Source of the DNA: Candidatus Bathyarchaeota archaeon
GTDB lineage: Archaea > Thermoproteota > Bathyarchaeia > Bathyarchaeales > DTEX01
Direction: 5' to 3'
Assembly: GCA_018397055.1 (NCBI GenBank)
Contig: JAGTQS010000003.1
Location: 1 to 38,148 of the forward strand
DNA length: 38,148 nt
The notes beneath the pieces were generated by a model. The model had not been told where the DNA came from. It searched no databases and saw nothing but the letters and a program-made list of their open reading frames with translations. Of the stretch, positions 27,297-37,423 are shown in pieces. The first letter of the stretch is position 1; the number at the start of each line of letters is the position of its first letter. The translations under genes were made by a program, and so were the position numbers.

Positions 27297-29165
27297 TTGA
27301 ATTCCAAACAAAGTCATTGGCTAAGATCCTACGAGGAAAAAAAACTAAACCTGACTGAGGCTCTTGGAAAGATTAAGACTGGTGACCACATTTTCATAGG
27401 TTCTGCTTGTGGTGAACCACAGTATCTCGTTAATGGATTGGTGGAAAAGGCTAGCCATCTTGCTGATAACGAAATTCTTCATGTACATACATTGGGTGTT
27501 GCACCTTACGCCAAACCCATTTATTCCGACAGATTTAGGTTAAATGCCTTTTTTGTGGGAATTAACACAAGAGCTGCTGTTGCTGAGGGTAGAGCTGATT
27601 ACACTCCGATGTTTCTTTCTGAGCTCCCGAAGCTCATATCCAAGGGCATGGTTCCGATAGATGTTGCGCTTATACAAGTTACTCCTCCTGACGAACATGG
27701 CTTCTGCAGTTTGGGAGTTTCAGTAGAAATTACCAAAACGGCTGCGGAGAAAGCAAAGATTGTAATTGCCCAGGTGAATCGCGAGATGCCACGTGTTCTT
27801 GGTGACAGCTTCATTCATGTAAATGATATAGATGTGATTGTGGAACACGATGAGCCCATCTTGGAAATTTCACGTTCAGACCAGGATATAGTTTCAGGTA
27901 AAATTGCAAAACATGTGGCCGATTTAATTGAAGACGAATCCACGCTTCAAATTGGTATAGGCAGCGTTCCAGACTCGGTTCTAGATGTTTTGGGAGATAA
28001 AAAGGATCTTGGAATACACACGGAGCTGCTAACTGAGGGCGTTGTCGATTTAGTTGAGGAAGGTGTCGTCACATGCGCGAAAAAGACGATTAATCGTGGA
28101 AAAATTATTGCTTCTTTTGCCATGGGGACTCGTCGCCTTTACGATTTTATCGACAACAATCCTATGGTTGAGTTTTACGAATCTGATTATGTTAACAATC
28201 CAGTTGTCATAAGCCAGCACGAAAAAATGGTTGCCATAAATCAGGCCTTAGAGGCTGATCTTACAGGCCAAGTCTGTTCAGATTCTTTGGGGTATCGTTT
28301 CTATAGCGGCTTGGGAGGACAGGCAGATTTTATGAGAGGCGCTAGCTTATCGAAAGGCGGAAAAGCTATAACTGTTCTTCCCTCAACTGCAAAAAAGGGT
28401 AAGGTTTCCCGTATTAAGTCTCTTTTGTCAAAAGGTGCCGGTGTAGTACTAACCAGAGGCGATGTCGACTATATAGTTACTGAGTACGGTGTGGCAGCTC
28501 TAAAAGGTAAAACAATAAAGGAACGATCTCTATCATTGATTAACATTGCGCATCCAATTTTCCGTAATGAGCTCTTGGAGTGGGCTAAAAATCATCACTA
28601 CGTTCCACAAGAAGTTTTGCCATTTCCAGAGATTGAATATCCTGAGAATTTAGTAAGAAAGATTACATTAAGGAATGGTTCTAAGGTTTTATTACGACCT
28701 ATAAAGCCTTCAGACGCCACATTAAAACAACATCTTTTTTATTCGTTATCAAAGGATGCGGTTACAAAACGTTATCTTGGATCACTAAAAGCTATGCCCC
28801 TAAAACGAGTGTGGCCGTACGTTATCGTAGACTATAAGGATGAAATGGTACTTGTTGGAACCACAATGGAGGAAGGAAGAGAAAGCATTATCGCTATTGG
28901 CAGCTACTCAAGAATCCCGAATACTAACGTGGCTGAGGTGGCATTTGTTGTCAGAGACGATTGGCAAAACCAAGGCTTAGGCACAACCCTTTTCCAATAC
29001 CTCGCTGAAATAGCCCAGAAGTACGGAATAACAGGATTCACCGCTTGGGTCATGGCAAATAACAATAAAATGATTCATATTTTTAAGAAATCTGGATACC
29101 AGATGAAATATAGAATCGAGGGAGACCTCATTCACGTTAACTTGGAATTTAAAAAAACGTCATAG
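27297..29165 (+). CDS. Acetyl-CoA hydrolase/4-hydroxybutyrate CoA-transferase family fused to a C-terminal GNAT acetyltransferase
   Basis: LQIGIG, GIHTE (catalytic Glu), SGLGGQADF, VTEYGVA and IAHP; C-terminal AEVAFVVRDDWQNQGLG. Confidence 0.9.
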   Translation: MNSKQSHWLRSYEEKKLNLTEALGKIKTGDHIFIGSACGEPQYLVNGLVEKASHLADNEILHVHTLGVAPYAKPIYSDRFRLNAFFVGINTRAAVAEGRADYTPMFLSELPKLISKGMVPIDVALIQVTPPDEHGFCSLGVSVEITKTAAEKAKIVIAQVNREMPRVLGDSFIHVNDIDVIVEHDEPILEISRSDQDIVSGKIAKHVADLIEDESTLQIGIGSVPDSVLDVLGDKKDLGIHTELLTEGVVDLVEEGVVTCAKKTINRGKIIASFAMGTRRLYDFIDNNPMVEFYESDYVNNPVVISQHEKMVAINQALEADLTGQVCSDSLGYRFYSGLGGQADFMRGASLSKGGKAITVLPSTAKKGKVSRIKSLLSKGAGVVLTRGDVDYIVTEYGVAALKGKTIKERSLSLINIAHPIFRNELLEWAKNHHYVPQEVLPFPEIEYPENLVRKITLRNGSKVLLRPIKPSDATLKQHLFYSLSKDAVTKRYLGSLKAMPLKRVWPYVIVDYKDEMVLVGTTMEEGRESIIAIGSYSRIPNTNVAEVAFVVRDDWQNQGLGTTLFQYLAEIAQKYGITGFTAWVMANNNKMIHIFKKSGYQMKYRIEGDLIHVNLEFKKTS

Positions 29166-29185
29166 AATATTTTTGAGCTCTTATT

Positions 29186-29797
29186 TTACTGTTTCTTAGA
29201 GCTTTTATTAAAATTTGACACTATCTTTTCTTTAATCATCGCAAAATGTTCAGATATCTTTTCTGGAGCCAACCCTCTTTTATTGTAAGAGGAAAAAAAT
29301 CTCTTGTATTCTTCTAAGTTTGAGGAGAGCTTTTCAGCAAACGCAGCGATATGAGTGCCCATAATTCTTTTATCGTCTGGTGCTACTTCTTCGTTAAATG
29401 GAACCTTCACTCCAGCATCCAGAAAGCCTTTAGCAACAGCAAATACATTTGCTCCCTTAGAGGGAATCTGCAACCCAATGTCTAAAACAGCCTCTTTAAT
29501 ATTGCAAGCGACGGATTTATAGCCACAAAGAAGCCCCGTAAGATATGAAGAAGGAAGACAGTTTAAACTTCCGAGATATCCATATTTTTTTCTTAATTCA
29601 CTTGAGTGGGCTGAAGTAATAACTCTATCGCCTTTTACGTTAGGTTCTACAAGCTGAGCAATGATGTACTTCCCTGTTTTTCTAACTACTATTCTAGGAA
29701 GACCTGAAGAAACAAGTTTCTTTCTTAAGCTGTAATTTGTTTTCCCTTCTCTTCGCCTGCGATATGGAACATTGTATGTTGCTCCCTTACCCATCAT
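29186..29797 (-). CDS. rpl18: 50S ribosomal protein L18 (uL18)
   Basis: YRRRREGKTNY, SAHSSEL, YLTGLL and LDIGL. Confidence 0.96.
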   Translation of the reverse strand: MMGKGATYNVPYRRRREGKTNYSLRKKLVSSGLPRIVVRKTGKYIIAQLVEPNVKGDRVITSAHSSELRKKYGYLGSLNCLPSSYLTGLLCGYKSVACNIKEAVLDIGLQIPSKGANVFAVAKGFLDAGVKVPFNEEVAPDDKRIMGTHIAAFAEKLSSNLEEYKRFFSSYNKRGLAPEKISEHFAMIKEKIVSNFNKSSKKQ

Positions 29798-30246
29798 CTT
29801 TTCCTCCTAAGACCGTGAACTTCAATGTAACGATCAAGGTCTGCAACAGAACGGAAAGAACCACTTTTCGTCATAATGTATAGCTCTCGATAAACCGTAT
29901 CGGTGATTATATGCTTGTCTCTAAGTTCACGTAGCTTCTTTCTTTGAGCTCTAACTCTTTTTATCCAAGCCTCTTTTGCAGGAGTCCTTGCACCCTCTTT
30001 TCCGCTTCGACTTCCTTGTCCCCTTCTTTTTCCCTCTGTCTTCTTAGCATGAATTATCCGAGCACGAGCACGACTTATCCCTTTTTCTGGCACTTTCATT
30101 ATTGCTTTATCTTTGATAAGCCTCCTTATTTCCTCTCTTGAAATCGCTGACTCTACATCGCCAATTCTTTCAGGGTCAATCCAAACTCTGTTTGTTCCTA
30201 TCTTTAGGATTTCAGCAGCCATACGACGTTGACTTTTTAGACTCAT
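29794..30246 (-). CDS. rpl19e: 50S ribosomal protein L19e
   Basis: QRRMAA, RVWIDP, GISRAR and GSRSG..GART. Confidence 0.97.
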   Translation of the reverse strand: MSLKSQRRMAAEILKIGTNRVWIDPERIGDVESAISREEIRRLIKDKAIMKVPEKGISRARARIIHAKKTEGKRRGQGSRSGKEGARTPAKEAWIKRVRAQRKKLRELRDKHIITDTVYRELYIMTKSGSFRSVADLDRYIEVHGLRRKR

Positions 30247-30274
30247 ATCAAAACTCTCCTTATGTACAATGTTT

Positions 30275-30715
30275 TTATTTCTTGATTTCCTTTTTCTCAG
30301 TTGTAGATTCCTTTAGTTCTTTGAATTCTCTCGGGTTGAGTACGCGGATTCCCATTTCTTTAGCTTTATTAATTATTTCAATCCTTTTTCTGTCGCCCAC
30401 GGTATGAGCGATTTTTATAACTTCAAGATCAGGTTTAACTTTATCCAGGTCATCTACGTTAAAAACTCTGACTTCTACATGGCCAGAAGGGTGTAAACCT
30501 TTGGAATTTTTTGGTCCACCATAACCGGCCCCTGGAGATGATGGCCATCCCTTAACTTTTTTACGCATTTTGTTGTCTATTCCACGCGGCTTTCTCCAAT
30601 TTTCTTTTAGACGCTCATATCGCCAGCTCTCTTGATGACGAAATTTTGGTTTCTTAGCCTTCTCTCTTTCCCTTTTTTCAACAAGGGCTTTTGAATTTAG
30701 TTGTGTCTCCGTCAA
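30275..30715 (-). CDS. rpl32e: 50S ribosomal protein L32e
   Basis: KPKFRHQ, WRKPRGIDNKMR and GLHPSG. Confidence 0.97.
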   Translation of the reverse strand: MTETQLNSKALVEKREREKAKKPKFRHQESWRYERLKENWRKPRGIDNKMRKKVKGWPSSPGAGYGGPKNSKGLHPSGHVEVRVFNVDDLDKVKPDLEVIKIAHTVGDRKRIEIINKAKEMGIRVLNPREFKELKESTTEKKEIKK

Positions 30716-31257
30716 TCTACCATACCCTCTGCCTTTTCGTAAATGTATATTCCGTCTAGGAACTTTCGTACATCTCGCCTTCTTACGACAGTGGCCTGTT
30801 CGATGTTAGCTGCAGTTTGGCTTACATCATCAATACTGATACCTTTAACTATAATATCATCCCCTTTAACTGATACAGATGAATTTCCCAGAATGAGAGC
30901 TTTACGTGGATTTCTTTCTCCAATGAAGTTCTCGATCGTTACATAGTTTCCTTGAACCTTCACAGACATAGGAAAGTGAGAATATACGATCTTAAGTTTG
31001 TAAGTAAACCCCTTTGCCACTCCCCTAATCATATTATTAATATGAGAAACTACGGTGCCTACAAGTGCAGATTCTTTCCTTCTTGACCTAAGTGCCGAAA
31101 CTATTATTTTATCTCCATCAACTCTAATTGCAACCGGAACTTGAGAGAAATCTCTAACTAATTGCCCCTTTTCGCCAGTAACCTTAATGACCTTACCATC
31201 CAGAACGACTTTGACTTTTTCTGGAATCTGGACTATTCGGGTTTCTAAACGAGACAT
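30712..31257 (-). CDS. rpl6: 50S ribosomal protein L6 (uL6)
   Basis: GFTYKLKIVYSHFP, NFIGE, QTAANIEQ and FLDGIY; ATG at 31257 follows an AGGTG SD. Confidence 0.96.
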   Translation of the reverse strand: MSRLETRIVQIPEKVKVVLDGKVIKVTGEKGQLVRDFSQVPVAIRVDGDKIIVSALRSRRKESALVGTVVSHINNMIRGVAKGFTYKLKIVYSHFPMSVKVQGNYVTIENFIGERNPRKALILGNSSVSVKGDDIIVKGISIDDVSQTAANIEQATVVRRRDVRKFLDGIYIYEKAEGMVD

Positions 31258-31269
31258 TTGAGACACCTA

Positions 31270-31653
31270 TCAATAAACGTAAGCTAAGAGAAGTCCTCCG
31301 AGGTTTTTTTGCATAGCTTCTTTGTGCGACATGACACCTTTATGAGTTGATAATGCGAGTATGCCTATGTCCCTTGATGGAAGGAAGGTTTTTTCCCATT
31401 TTTCAATATCTTTAGTTTTTATTGCATATCTTGGTCTAACAGCGCCGCATTTGTTGATTCTACCTAAAAGTTGTACTCTGAACTTTCCAGAGCGTCCATC
31501 ATCAATGAACTCGAACTCTCCGATGAATCCATTCATTTGGATGACCCTTAATACGTTACCAAGAAGTTTCGAAGCGGGAGCTATGATACACTCTTTCTTT
31601 CTTCTAATCTCGTTATTCATTATGGTTACTAATCCATTAGCAATGGTATCCAA
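31270..31653 (-). CDS. rps8: 30S ribosomal protein S8 (uS8)
   Basis: [25 protein letters not shown] and GGLLLAYVY. Confidence 0.96.
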   Translation of the reverse strand: MDTIANGLVTIMNNEIRRKKECIIAPASKLLGNVLRVIQMNGFIGEFEFIDDGRSGKFRVQLLGRINKCGAVRPRYAIKTKDIEKWEKTFLPSRDIGILALSTHKGVMSHKEAMQKNLGGLLLAYVY

Positions 31654-31668
31654 CTATGCATCCCTTCC

Positions 31669-31833
31669 TTACTGATACTTTTTGAAACCTAGCTTTTCAG
31701 CAACCTCTCTGAAACAGTGCCTGCAAAGGTTAAGACCATATTTTCTAATAATTGGCCCATAGGATCCGCACCTTCTACATGGTCTACTTCCTTTGCCGAA
31801 TTTTCGTTCTTTTTTGGGAGTTAGGGAACTCAT
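31669..31833 (-). CDS. rps14: 30S ribosomal protein S14 (uS14, zinc-binding); missing from the ORF track
   Basis: Manual translation: [54 protein letters not shown] (54 aa). Confidence 0.96.
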   Translation of the reverse strand: MSSLTPKKERKFGKGSRPCRRCGSYGPIIRKYGLNLCRHCFREVAEKLGFKKYQ

Positions 31834-31844
31834 TTTAGTTGCTC

Positions 31845-32384
31845 CTAGGTAATTTCTACCCCTAAAGTGTCCTTTAAGAAGGATACGGCTTCATCGGTGG
31901 TTAATAAATGCTGCGAACCAACTTTAGAGTTTGCATGATGCCTATGTTTAACTCGGTAGCCAGGTCTTTCTAAGGTTACAGAGACATCCATACCAATAAT
32001 TCCCAAATCTGGCGAATATTTAGTTCCAGGAATGTCGATGTGTTCTTTAATTCCAAAAGAGAAGTTTCCTTGTTTATCAAAAGACCGTCGGGAAATTTGG
32101 TTGTCAACGGCCCGTAAACTTTTAGCCAGAAATTCGTATGCTTTCTTGCCACGTAGCGTTACTACACAAGCAATAGGTTCCTTTTTTCTTATTCCAAATT
32201 CTCTTACAGTTTTTTTAGCTTTTTTGATGCATGGTTTTTGTCCAGTTAATTCTTCGATAATTTTTATAGCTTTTTCAAGAGGTTCACCTGACTTGCCAAT
32301 TGACGAGTTCACAACTACCTTGGCAATTTTGGGTGTCAACATAGGGTTTTTGTCCGATTTTTCATCATGCCCAGGTGATTCCAT
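31845..32384 (-). CDS. rpl5: 50S ribosomal protein L5 (uL5)
   Basis: [29 protein letters not shown] and ERPGYRV; start ATG 32384 lies just after the rps4e stop. Confidence 0.96.
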   Translation of the reverse strand: MESPGHDEKSDKNPMLTPKIAKVVVNSSIGKSGEPLEKAIKIIEELTGQKPCIKKAKKTVREFGIRKKEPIACVVTLRGKKAYEFLAKSLRAVDNQISRRSFDKQGNFSFGIKEHIDIPGTKYSPDLGIIGMDVSVTLERPGYRVKHRHHANSKVGSQHLLTTDEAVSFLKDTLGVEIT

Positions 32385-32385
32385 T

Positions 32386-33150
32386 TTAGAGGCCCTCCTT
32401 GCTTGGTAAAGATATTCTCGGTTTCTTGTCTCCCACGACAAAGGCGTAGTCAAGAACTGTTTGATAGGTTTCTCCTATCTCGTCTTGTATTGTAATTAGA
32501 AAGTTTCTGCGTTTTTGCCCTGTCTGCTCCACAATTGATGTGACAGTTCCATATTTGCCAATGTTGTTTCCATCAGCAAAAACCACCAGAACCTCTTTGT
32601 CAAGTTTTAAATGTTCAAGAATTTGTTGTTCTGGGACGCTAATTTTTAAGGTGTCAAGAGTGTTGTAGACATATTCAGATGGTCTCTGAGGATCTTCGAC
32701 GTGAACTAATAAGTTTCTTCCATCGTGAAGGTTCAGCTCGATATTTCCTTTTTCCAAAGTTTTTTTGTTCTCAATTCTGCATATCTTAAATTTGGCTTCA
32801 TCTTCGCTTATGGGATGAAGAAATAAACCTTTTTCTGAAGGTACTACCCGATAGTTCTGACTAGTTTCGGGAATTGTAATTACATCCATTAAACCGACGG
32901 GAAATCGTTCGTCGCGAATAATTCGTCCGTCAACAAAAATTTTACCTTGAGAAACAATTTTCTTTGCTTCTCTTCTAGTTTCAGCTAGACCAAGAATCTC
33001 ACGGACTACTAAGGCCAATGGTAAACATTGATGTATCGGATGGGGGCCAGGTAAAGGTTTAATGGTCCATACATAATCTTTTCTATGAATTGGCCAAAAA
33101 CTTGGAGCCGACTCTCTTTTTAAGTGACCTTTGCCACCCTTTTTTCCCAT
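32386..33150 (-). CDS. rps4e: 30S ribosomal protein S4e
   Basis: HLKR..AP..W, PGPH, FPVGLMDV and LNLHDGRN. Confidence 0.97.
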   Translation of the reverse strand: MGKKGGKGHLKRESAPSFWPIHRKDYVWTIKPLPGPHPIHQCLPLALVVREILGLAETRREAKKIVSQGKIFVDGRIIRDERFPVGLMDVITIPETSQNYRVVPSEKGLFLHPISEDEAKFKICRIENKKTLEKGNIELNLHDGRNLLVHVEDPQRPSEYVYNTLDTLKISVPEQQILEHLKLDKEVLVVFADGNNIGKYGTVTSIVEQTGQKRRNFLITIQDEIGETYQTVLDYAFVVGDKKPRISLPSKEGL

Positions 33151-33151
33151 G

Positions 33152-33622
33152 TTACTTTTCTTCCTCCACTTTTTCTTCTACCGGCTTATTGACCTTTTTT
33201 CCTTTCTTCCGGTTCTTTCTTTCGCCGAGTTCTTTTTCTTCAGGCTTTTCTTCCTCTTTTTGTCTTTTTCGTTCAATAATTTTGTTTCGCCATTTATCAT
33301 CAAGGTTTAGCTTGATTATTTCAACCTTTGAGGGATGTATGGGCACTTGTATAGAAGTTCCATCAGCCTTTTCTCTAGTAATGCCATCGACGTAGATTTT
33401 GTATTTTTGACGGTTAACCCGTAATATTTTCCCCTCGTACCCTTCATAGTCTCCTCTTAAAACTCTTACTGTATCACCTTTTCTAACAGGCAAAGCTCGA
33501 GCACCATACATATTCCGTAAATCAGTTGAAAGGTGAGCTGACAAAATATTGCCTCTACTATGATAAGGCATCTCGTAAAGCATTTTCCTTTGTTTTCCCG
33601 GATCTTTAGTTTTTAACCTCAT
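33152..33622 (-). CDS. rpl24: 50S ribosomal protein L24 (uL24)
   Basis: PGKQRK, PVRKGDTVRVLRG and PIHPSKV; charged C-terminal tail. Confidence 0.96.
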   Translation of the reverse strand: MRLKTKDPGKQRKMLYEMPYHSRGNILSAHLSTDLRNMYGARALPVRKGDTVRVLRGDYEGYEGKILRVNRQKYKIYVDGITREKADGTSIQVPIHPSKVEIIKLNLDDKWRNKIIERKRQKEEEKPEEKELGERKNRKKGKKVNKPVEEKVEEEK

Positions 33623-33639
33623 CTCGACTTCACTTGATC

Positions 33640-34080
33640 CTATACGATTATACTTGAGGCGCTTGCAATTCTAGGCCATCTTTCAGCGGCTTCTCTTGCT
33701 ACTGGACCGCGTATTTCAGAGCCTCGCATTTCACCTTCAGGTGTCAATATGACGGCGGCGTTGTCTTCGAACTGCACCCAATTTCCTTCAGGCCGTCTAT
33801 AGGGCTTTGTTTGTCTGACAATCACTGCTCTGAACAGCTTTTTTCTCATGTCTGGAGTTCCACGTCTAACCGAAACAATGACCATGTCTCCTACGGCAGC
33901 TGCCGGCACACGTCTCAGTCGTCCTTTATATTTTGTAACCTGGACGAGTCTTAAGATTTTGGCGCCTGAGTTGTCTGTGCACTTTAATAATGAGCCTGCT
34001 GGAAGCCCCGACGAGATTTTCAGTCTGTATCCGGCGGTTCCCTTTGCCAGTAAACCTCTTCCTTTTGCCTTGGCTGCCAT
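33640..34080 (-). CDS. rpl14: 50S ribosomal protein L14 (uL14)
   Basis: DNSGAK, AAVGD, FEDNAAV and GPVAREAA. Confidence 0.97.
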   Translation of the reverse strand: MAAKAKGRGLLAKGTAGYRLKISSGLPAGSLLKCTDNSGAKILRLVQVTKYKGRLRRVPAAAVGDMVIVSVRRGTPDMRKKLFRAVIVRQTKPYRRPEGNWVQFEDNAAVILTPEGEMRGSEIRGPVAREAAERWPRIASASSIIV

Positions 34081-34087
34081 TGGTCTC

Positions 34088-34402
34088 TCACTGTCCTATT
34101 TTTTCTATAACGACAAACGAAATTGTTTTACTTATTGGTTTGCATTCTGCTATTCGAACACGGTCGTTTTCTTGGGCACCAATGCATGGTGGGTTGTGGG
34201 CAGGAATGTGGCTGTGTCTTCTTTCGTAGCGTTTGTATTTTTTAATATGATGTACGAAGTCTCGGCGTACAATAACTGACTTATCCATTTTTGCGCTTGT
34301 CACTACACCATCTAGAATTCTGCCTCTTATCTTAAGCGACCCGTGAAATGGGCAGTTAGGATCGTTGCAGGTTTTTTCTGAAGTTGATTGTGCAGATGCC
34401 AT
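34088..34402 (-). CDS. rps17: 30S ribosomal protein S17 (uS17)
   Basis: [24 protein letters not shown] and ECKPISKT; start at 34402-34408. Confidence 0.96.
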   Translation of the reverse strand: MASAQSTSEKTCNDPNCPFHGSLKIRGRILDGVVTSAKMDKSVIVRRDFVHHIKKYKRYERRHSHIPAHNPPCIGAQENDRVRIAECKPISKTISFVVIEKIGQ

Positions 34403-34683
34403 CACCAACGCCTCCTTAGTGTTTTTTTAACGCGGTCTTCTGGTCGTCCAATAAGAACTTTACCATCGACCTCTATTACTGTTTTGTCTGGAAGAGTGAA
34501 AAGAAAAGTTGAGGTTTCTTTAATGATGCGTTTTTCTTTATTCCCATGCAATACTGTTAGTGTCTTTTGCGTTTCATCAAGAACTTTTCCTCGTATTCCG
34601 ATTTGGCTTCGATTAGAGCTGCGAACGACTTTTGTTTCAAGACCTATAAGCTCGTGTTGAATAAAAGATTCCGCGATAATCAT
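34402..34683 (-). CDS. rnp1: Ribonuclease P protein component 1 (Rpp29/Pop4)
   Basis: HELIGL, G.VLDET and L.GRPEDR; conserved position between rpl29 and rps17. Confidence 0.94.
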   Translation of the reverse strand: MIIAESFIQHELIGLETKVVRSSNRSQIGIRGKVLDETQKTLTVLHGNKEKRIIKETSTFLFTLPDKTVIEVDGKVLIGRPEDRVKKTLRRRW

Positions 34684-34895
34684 TATTGTTTACCTTCCTT
34701 TGTTTTTTCATTAATAACCGTTTGGATACGGGCTATTGTTTTTTTAAGGTTCCGAATTCTTGAAGGATTTTCCACAGCGCCACCTGCCTCAACCATTGTT
34801 CTCATCCTTACCAGTTCTGTTTTAAGTTCACTAAGTCTTTTAAGCAGGTCCTCAGACGGTTTTTCCCGAATTTCACGAATCCTTTTCATCACCAT
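34683..34895 (-). CDS. rpl29: 50S ribosomal protein L29 (uL29)
   Basis: EIRE...L.ELK.EL and NPSRIRNLKKTIARIQT. Confidence 0.95.
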   Translation of the reverse strand: MVMKRIREIREKPSEDLLKRLSELKTELVRMRTMVEAGGAVENPSRIRNLKKTIARIQTVINEKTKEGKQ

Positions 34896-35643
34896 CTATT
34901 TTTTCGCTCTCCTCTTCTTGGTTTTCAACATCGGCTTCAACCGTCTCATCAGAAGAAACATCAGCATATGGCTGATTTTCCAGTTCTGAAACCTGCGTCT
35001 CTTCTATTTTTTCTTCAACCTGTTCTGAGGGTTTCTGCGGCTCAGGTTCGATTTCTAGTATTTTTATTTGGTCTGGAAGCTCTACGCCTGAAGGCATGAT
35101 TGTTACTTTTACCCCAAATATTCCGGGCTTTAGCTGGCTGTGAACAACTGCTCTTCTCACAAACTTCATTGCAGGATCTCCGCTTTTAGGTACATATCCT
35201 TCTCGGAACTTTTCACTTCGAGCCCGTTCTGTCCTGAGCTTACCGCTTATAATTATTTCTGCACCTAGAGCTCCTGCCTCCATTATTTGGGAGAGAGCCC
35301 AAAATCCTGCTCTACGAAAGTGTACACCTCGCTTGAGTGTGGTTGCGATTCGTGAAGCCATGACGTGAGCGTTTAATTCCGGAACCTCGATTTCGGCGAC
35401 TGAAACTTGAGGGTTGGGTAGTCCAAATTTGTCTTCCAGTGCCTTTGCGAGGTTCTTAATTGTTGTTCCTCCACGTCCAATTATTATGCCTGGACGCATT
35501 GCGTAAACAACGATGTTTGTGCCTAGAGGTGTTTTTGTGATGTCTACACCTCCGTAGCCTGCTTTCTCAAATTCTTTCCACAAAAATTCGTCTACGCCTG
35601 TTTTTTTGATGGATTCATCAATAAAGTGTTTGATGGACGACAC
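34873..35643 (-). CDS. rps3: 30S ribosomal protein S3 (uS3)
   Basis: AGYGG, KTPLGT, RPGIIIGRGG, GAEIIISGKL and KPGIFGVKV; acidic tail. Confidence 0.97.
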   Translation of the reverse strand: MSSIKHFIDESIKKTGVDEFLWKEFEKAGYGGVDITKTPLGTNIVVYAMRPGIIIGRGGTTIKNLAKALEDKFGLPNPQVSVAEIEVPELNAHVMASRIATTLKRGVHFRRAGFWALSQIMEAGALGAEIIISGKLRTERARSEKFREGYVPKSGDPAMKFVRRAVVHSQLKPGIFGVKVTIMPSGVELPDQIKILEIEPEPQKPSEQVEEKIEETQVSELENQPYADVSSDETVEADVENQEEESEKIDGDEKDS

Positions 35644-36117
35644 CTAAACTTCTCCTCCTACTTGTGCCAAAACAATTTCGACGTGACACAAGGTTTTATT
35701 CTTTGGAGTGGCTCTCCCCATAGCTCTTGGAATAAATCTTTTAATTTTGATTCCGGGATAAGCCGCGGCGTGAACTATTTTTAAGTTTTCTGAATCTAAG
35801 CCTTTGTACATAGCGTTTGACTCTGCGCTTTCAATAACCTCAAGTATTTTCTGGGCTGCCTTAACGGGGTATCTGCCAGCGGCAATTTTCTGAAGGTCCT
35901 TCCTGTGGGGAAGAGTTTTCTTATGTTTCCTGTACGGAACAGACCTTTTTTTCTGCTGGACTTGTTCAAGAAAAGATTTGGCAGCGTCTAACTTCATTCC
36001 TTTTATTGCTGCACAAACTTCTACAGCTGCTTTTGGCGATACTCTCAACTCTCTTCCGCTGGCTTTAACGGTCGTTTCCGGGTCTAAGCCCACTACGGAG
36101 TATCCCCATTTAGGCAA
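35644..36117 (-). CDS. rpl22: 50S ribosomal protein L22 (uL22)
   Basis: PKWGYS, VSPKAAVEVC, GRYPVKAA and PRAMGRA; TTG start at 36117 after a GGTGA SD (the ORF-track start is too far upstream). Confidence 0.95.
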   Translation of the reverse strand: MPKWGYSVVGLDPETTVKASGRELRVSPKAAVEVCAAIKGMKLDAAKSFLEQVQQKKRSVPYRKHKKTLPHRKDLQKIAAGRYPVKAAQKILEVIESAESNAMYKGLDSENLKIVHAAAYPGIKIKRFIPRAMGRATPKNKTLCHVEIVLAQVGGEV

Positions 36118-36415
36118 TTCTTGTTCACCGACTTTCATTGAACAGATGCATAGTGGTTTATAAGAATTATCTTTTTTGGTATGCATTTTCCCGAATTGTT
36201 CGTTTTTTGGGTTTCACTATTTTGCCCTGTTCTATGAGTTGAGGAAGTTTTTATTGGAGACTTTCATCAAAATGCTACATAATTTCTTTTAATCATTGTT
36301 GTGTGTGCCATTTTTTGTGTGATAACTTATTTTCAGATATTCAATGTTAAAAGAAGTGTTTTCTGGGAAAAATCTTATATTTTCTTTCATCCCCTTTGCT
36401 TTAGGGGATTGGGTT

Positions 36416-37360
36416 TTGGATTTTGAAAGGAAAGTTTTAGCCTTTCATTACGCTTGGTATGGTGTTCCTTGGGGTCCTGGGAAGCAGTGGCAGGGGTGGA
36501 AAGATGAGGCTCATAATTCTGATAAAATAGTTGGAGGAAGACGTAACATAAAATCTCCTCATTACCCTCTTGACGGAGTCTACGATTCATTGGACGTTTC
36601 TGTCATAAATAGGCAGCTTATTGAGGCGAAAGAGGCGAACATAGATGGGTTCATCGTTTCGTGGTGGGGTTTTGAAAGTTACTCTCATAAGGTTCTTGAG
36701 GCTATGTTAAATTTGGCTCCTAGAAATTTCGTAACTATCTATTATGAGACAGCGATGACGTTTAAGCAAAGAGATTTGTCGCGTGAGAATGCGATTGAGA
36801 GAATATATTTGGATTTAAAAAGGCTATTGGCAGAACAGGGCATAAAGGATCAATGGATACATGTTGACGAAAAGCCTCTTGTTGTGTTGTATATTGTTGA
36901 GAACTACAGGATAGATGAGTGGCTTGTGATTAAAAGAAAATTGAGCGATGATGGCTTTGAGCCTTTTTTCCTTGGAGACACATATAATGCGGAGTACTTG
37001 GATGTAATGGATGGTTTACATACATATAATCCCGTGTGGATCACTTTAAGTGGTTTGAGTTTTGCAGAAATCTATGATAAAGTTTCCTTAAAAGTTCATG
37101 ATAAAGACAGGCTTTTTGCTGCGACAGTGTGCCCAGGCTACGACGATAGGAAGGTTAGAGATCCTGGGCTTTATATCAGTAGAGCCGACGGTCATTACTA
37201 TAACGCGTGTTGGGAAGCATCAAGGAAAAGTAAGGCAGACTGGGTTCTTGTTACTAGCTGGAATGAGTGGTTTGAAGGCACAGAGATTGAGTCAAGTTTA
37301 GAGTATGGAAAAGACTATATTTACCTCACAAGGCAGAATACGATGAGTTTCAAACCTTAA
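36416..37360 (+). CDS. Glycoside hydrolase family 99-like (endo-alpha-mannosidase-like)
   Basis: AFHYAWYG, YPL.G.YDS, IDGFIVSWWG, PGYDD and TSWNEWFEGTEIE; start probably TTG near 36416 after GGGGAT (longest ORF starts at 36344). Confidence 0.85.
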   Translation: MDFERKVLAFHYAWYGVPWGPGKQWQGWKDEAHNSDKIVGGRRNIKSPHYPLDGVYDSLDVSVINRQLIEAKEANIDGFIVSWWGFESYSHKVLEAMLNLAPRNFVTIYYETAMTFKQRDLSRENAIERIYLDLKRLLAEQGIKDQWIHVDEKPLVVLYIVENYRIDEWLVIKRKLSDDGFEPFFLGDTYNAEYLDVMDGLHTYNPVWITLSGLSFAEIYDKVSLKVHDKDRLFAATVCPGYDDRKVRDPGLYISRADGHYYNACWEASRKSKADWVLVTSWNEWFEGTEIESSLEYGKDYIYLTRQNTMSFKP

Positions 37361-37423
37361 TGGGCTAGATGGCTGCATCGTTTATGTTGCGTTTTTAATT
37401 TGCGGTTAGTATTGGACAGCTGG

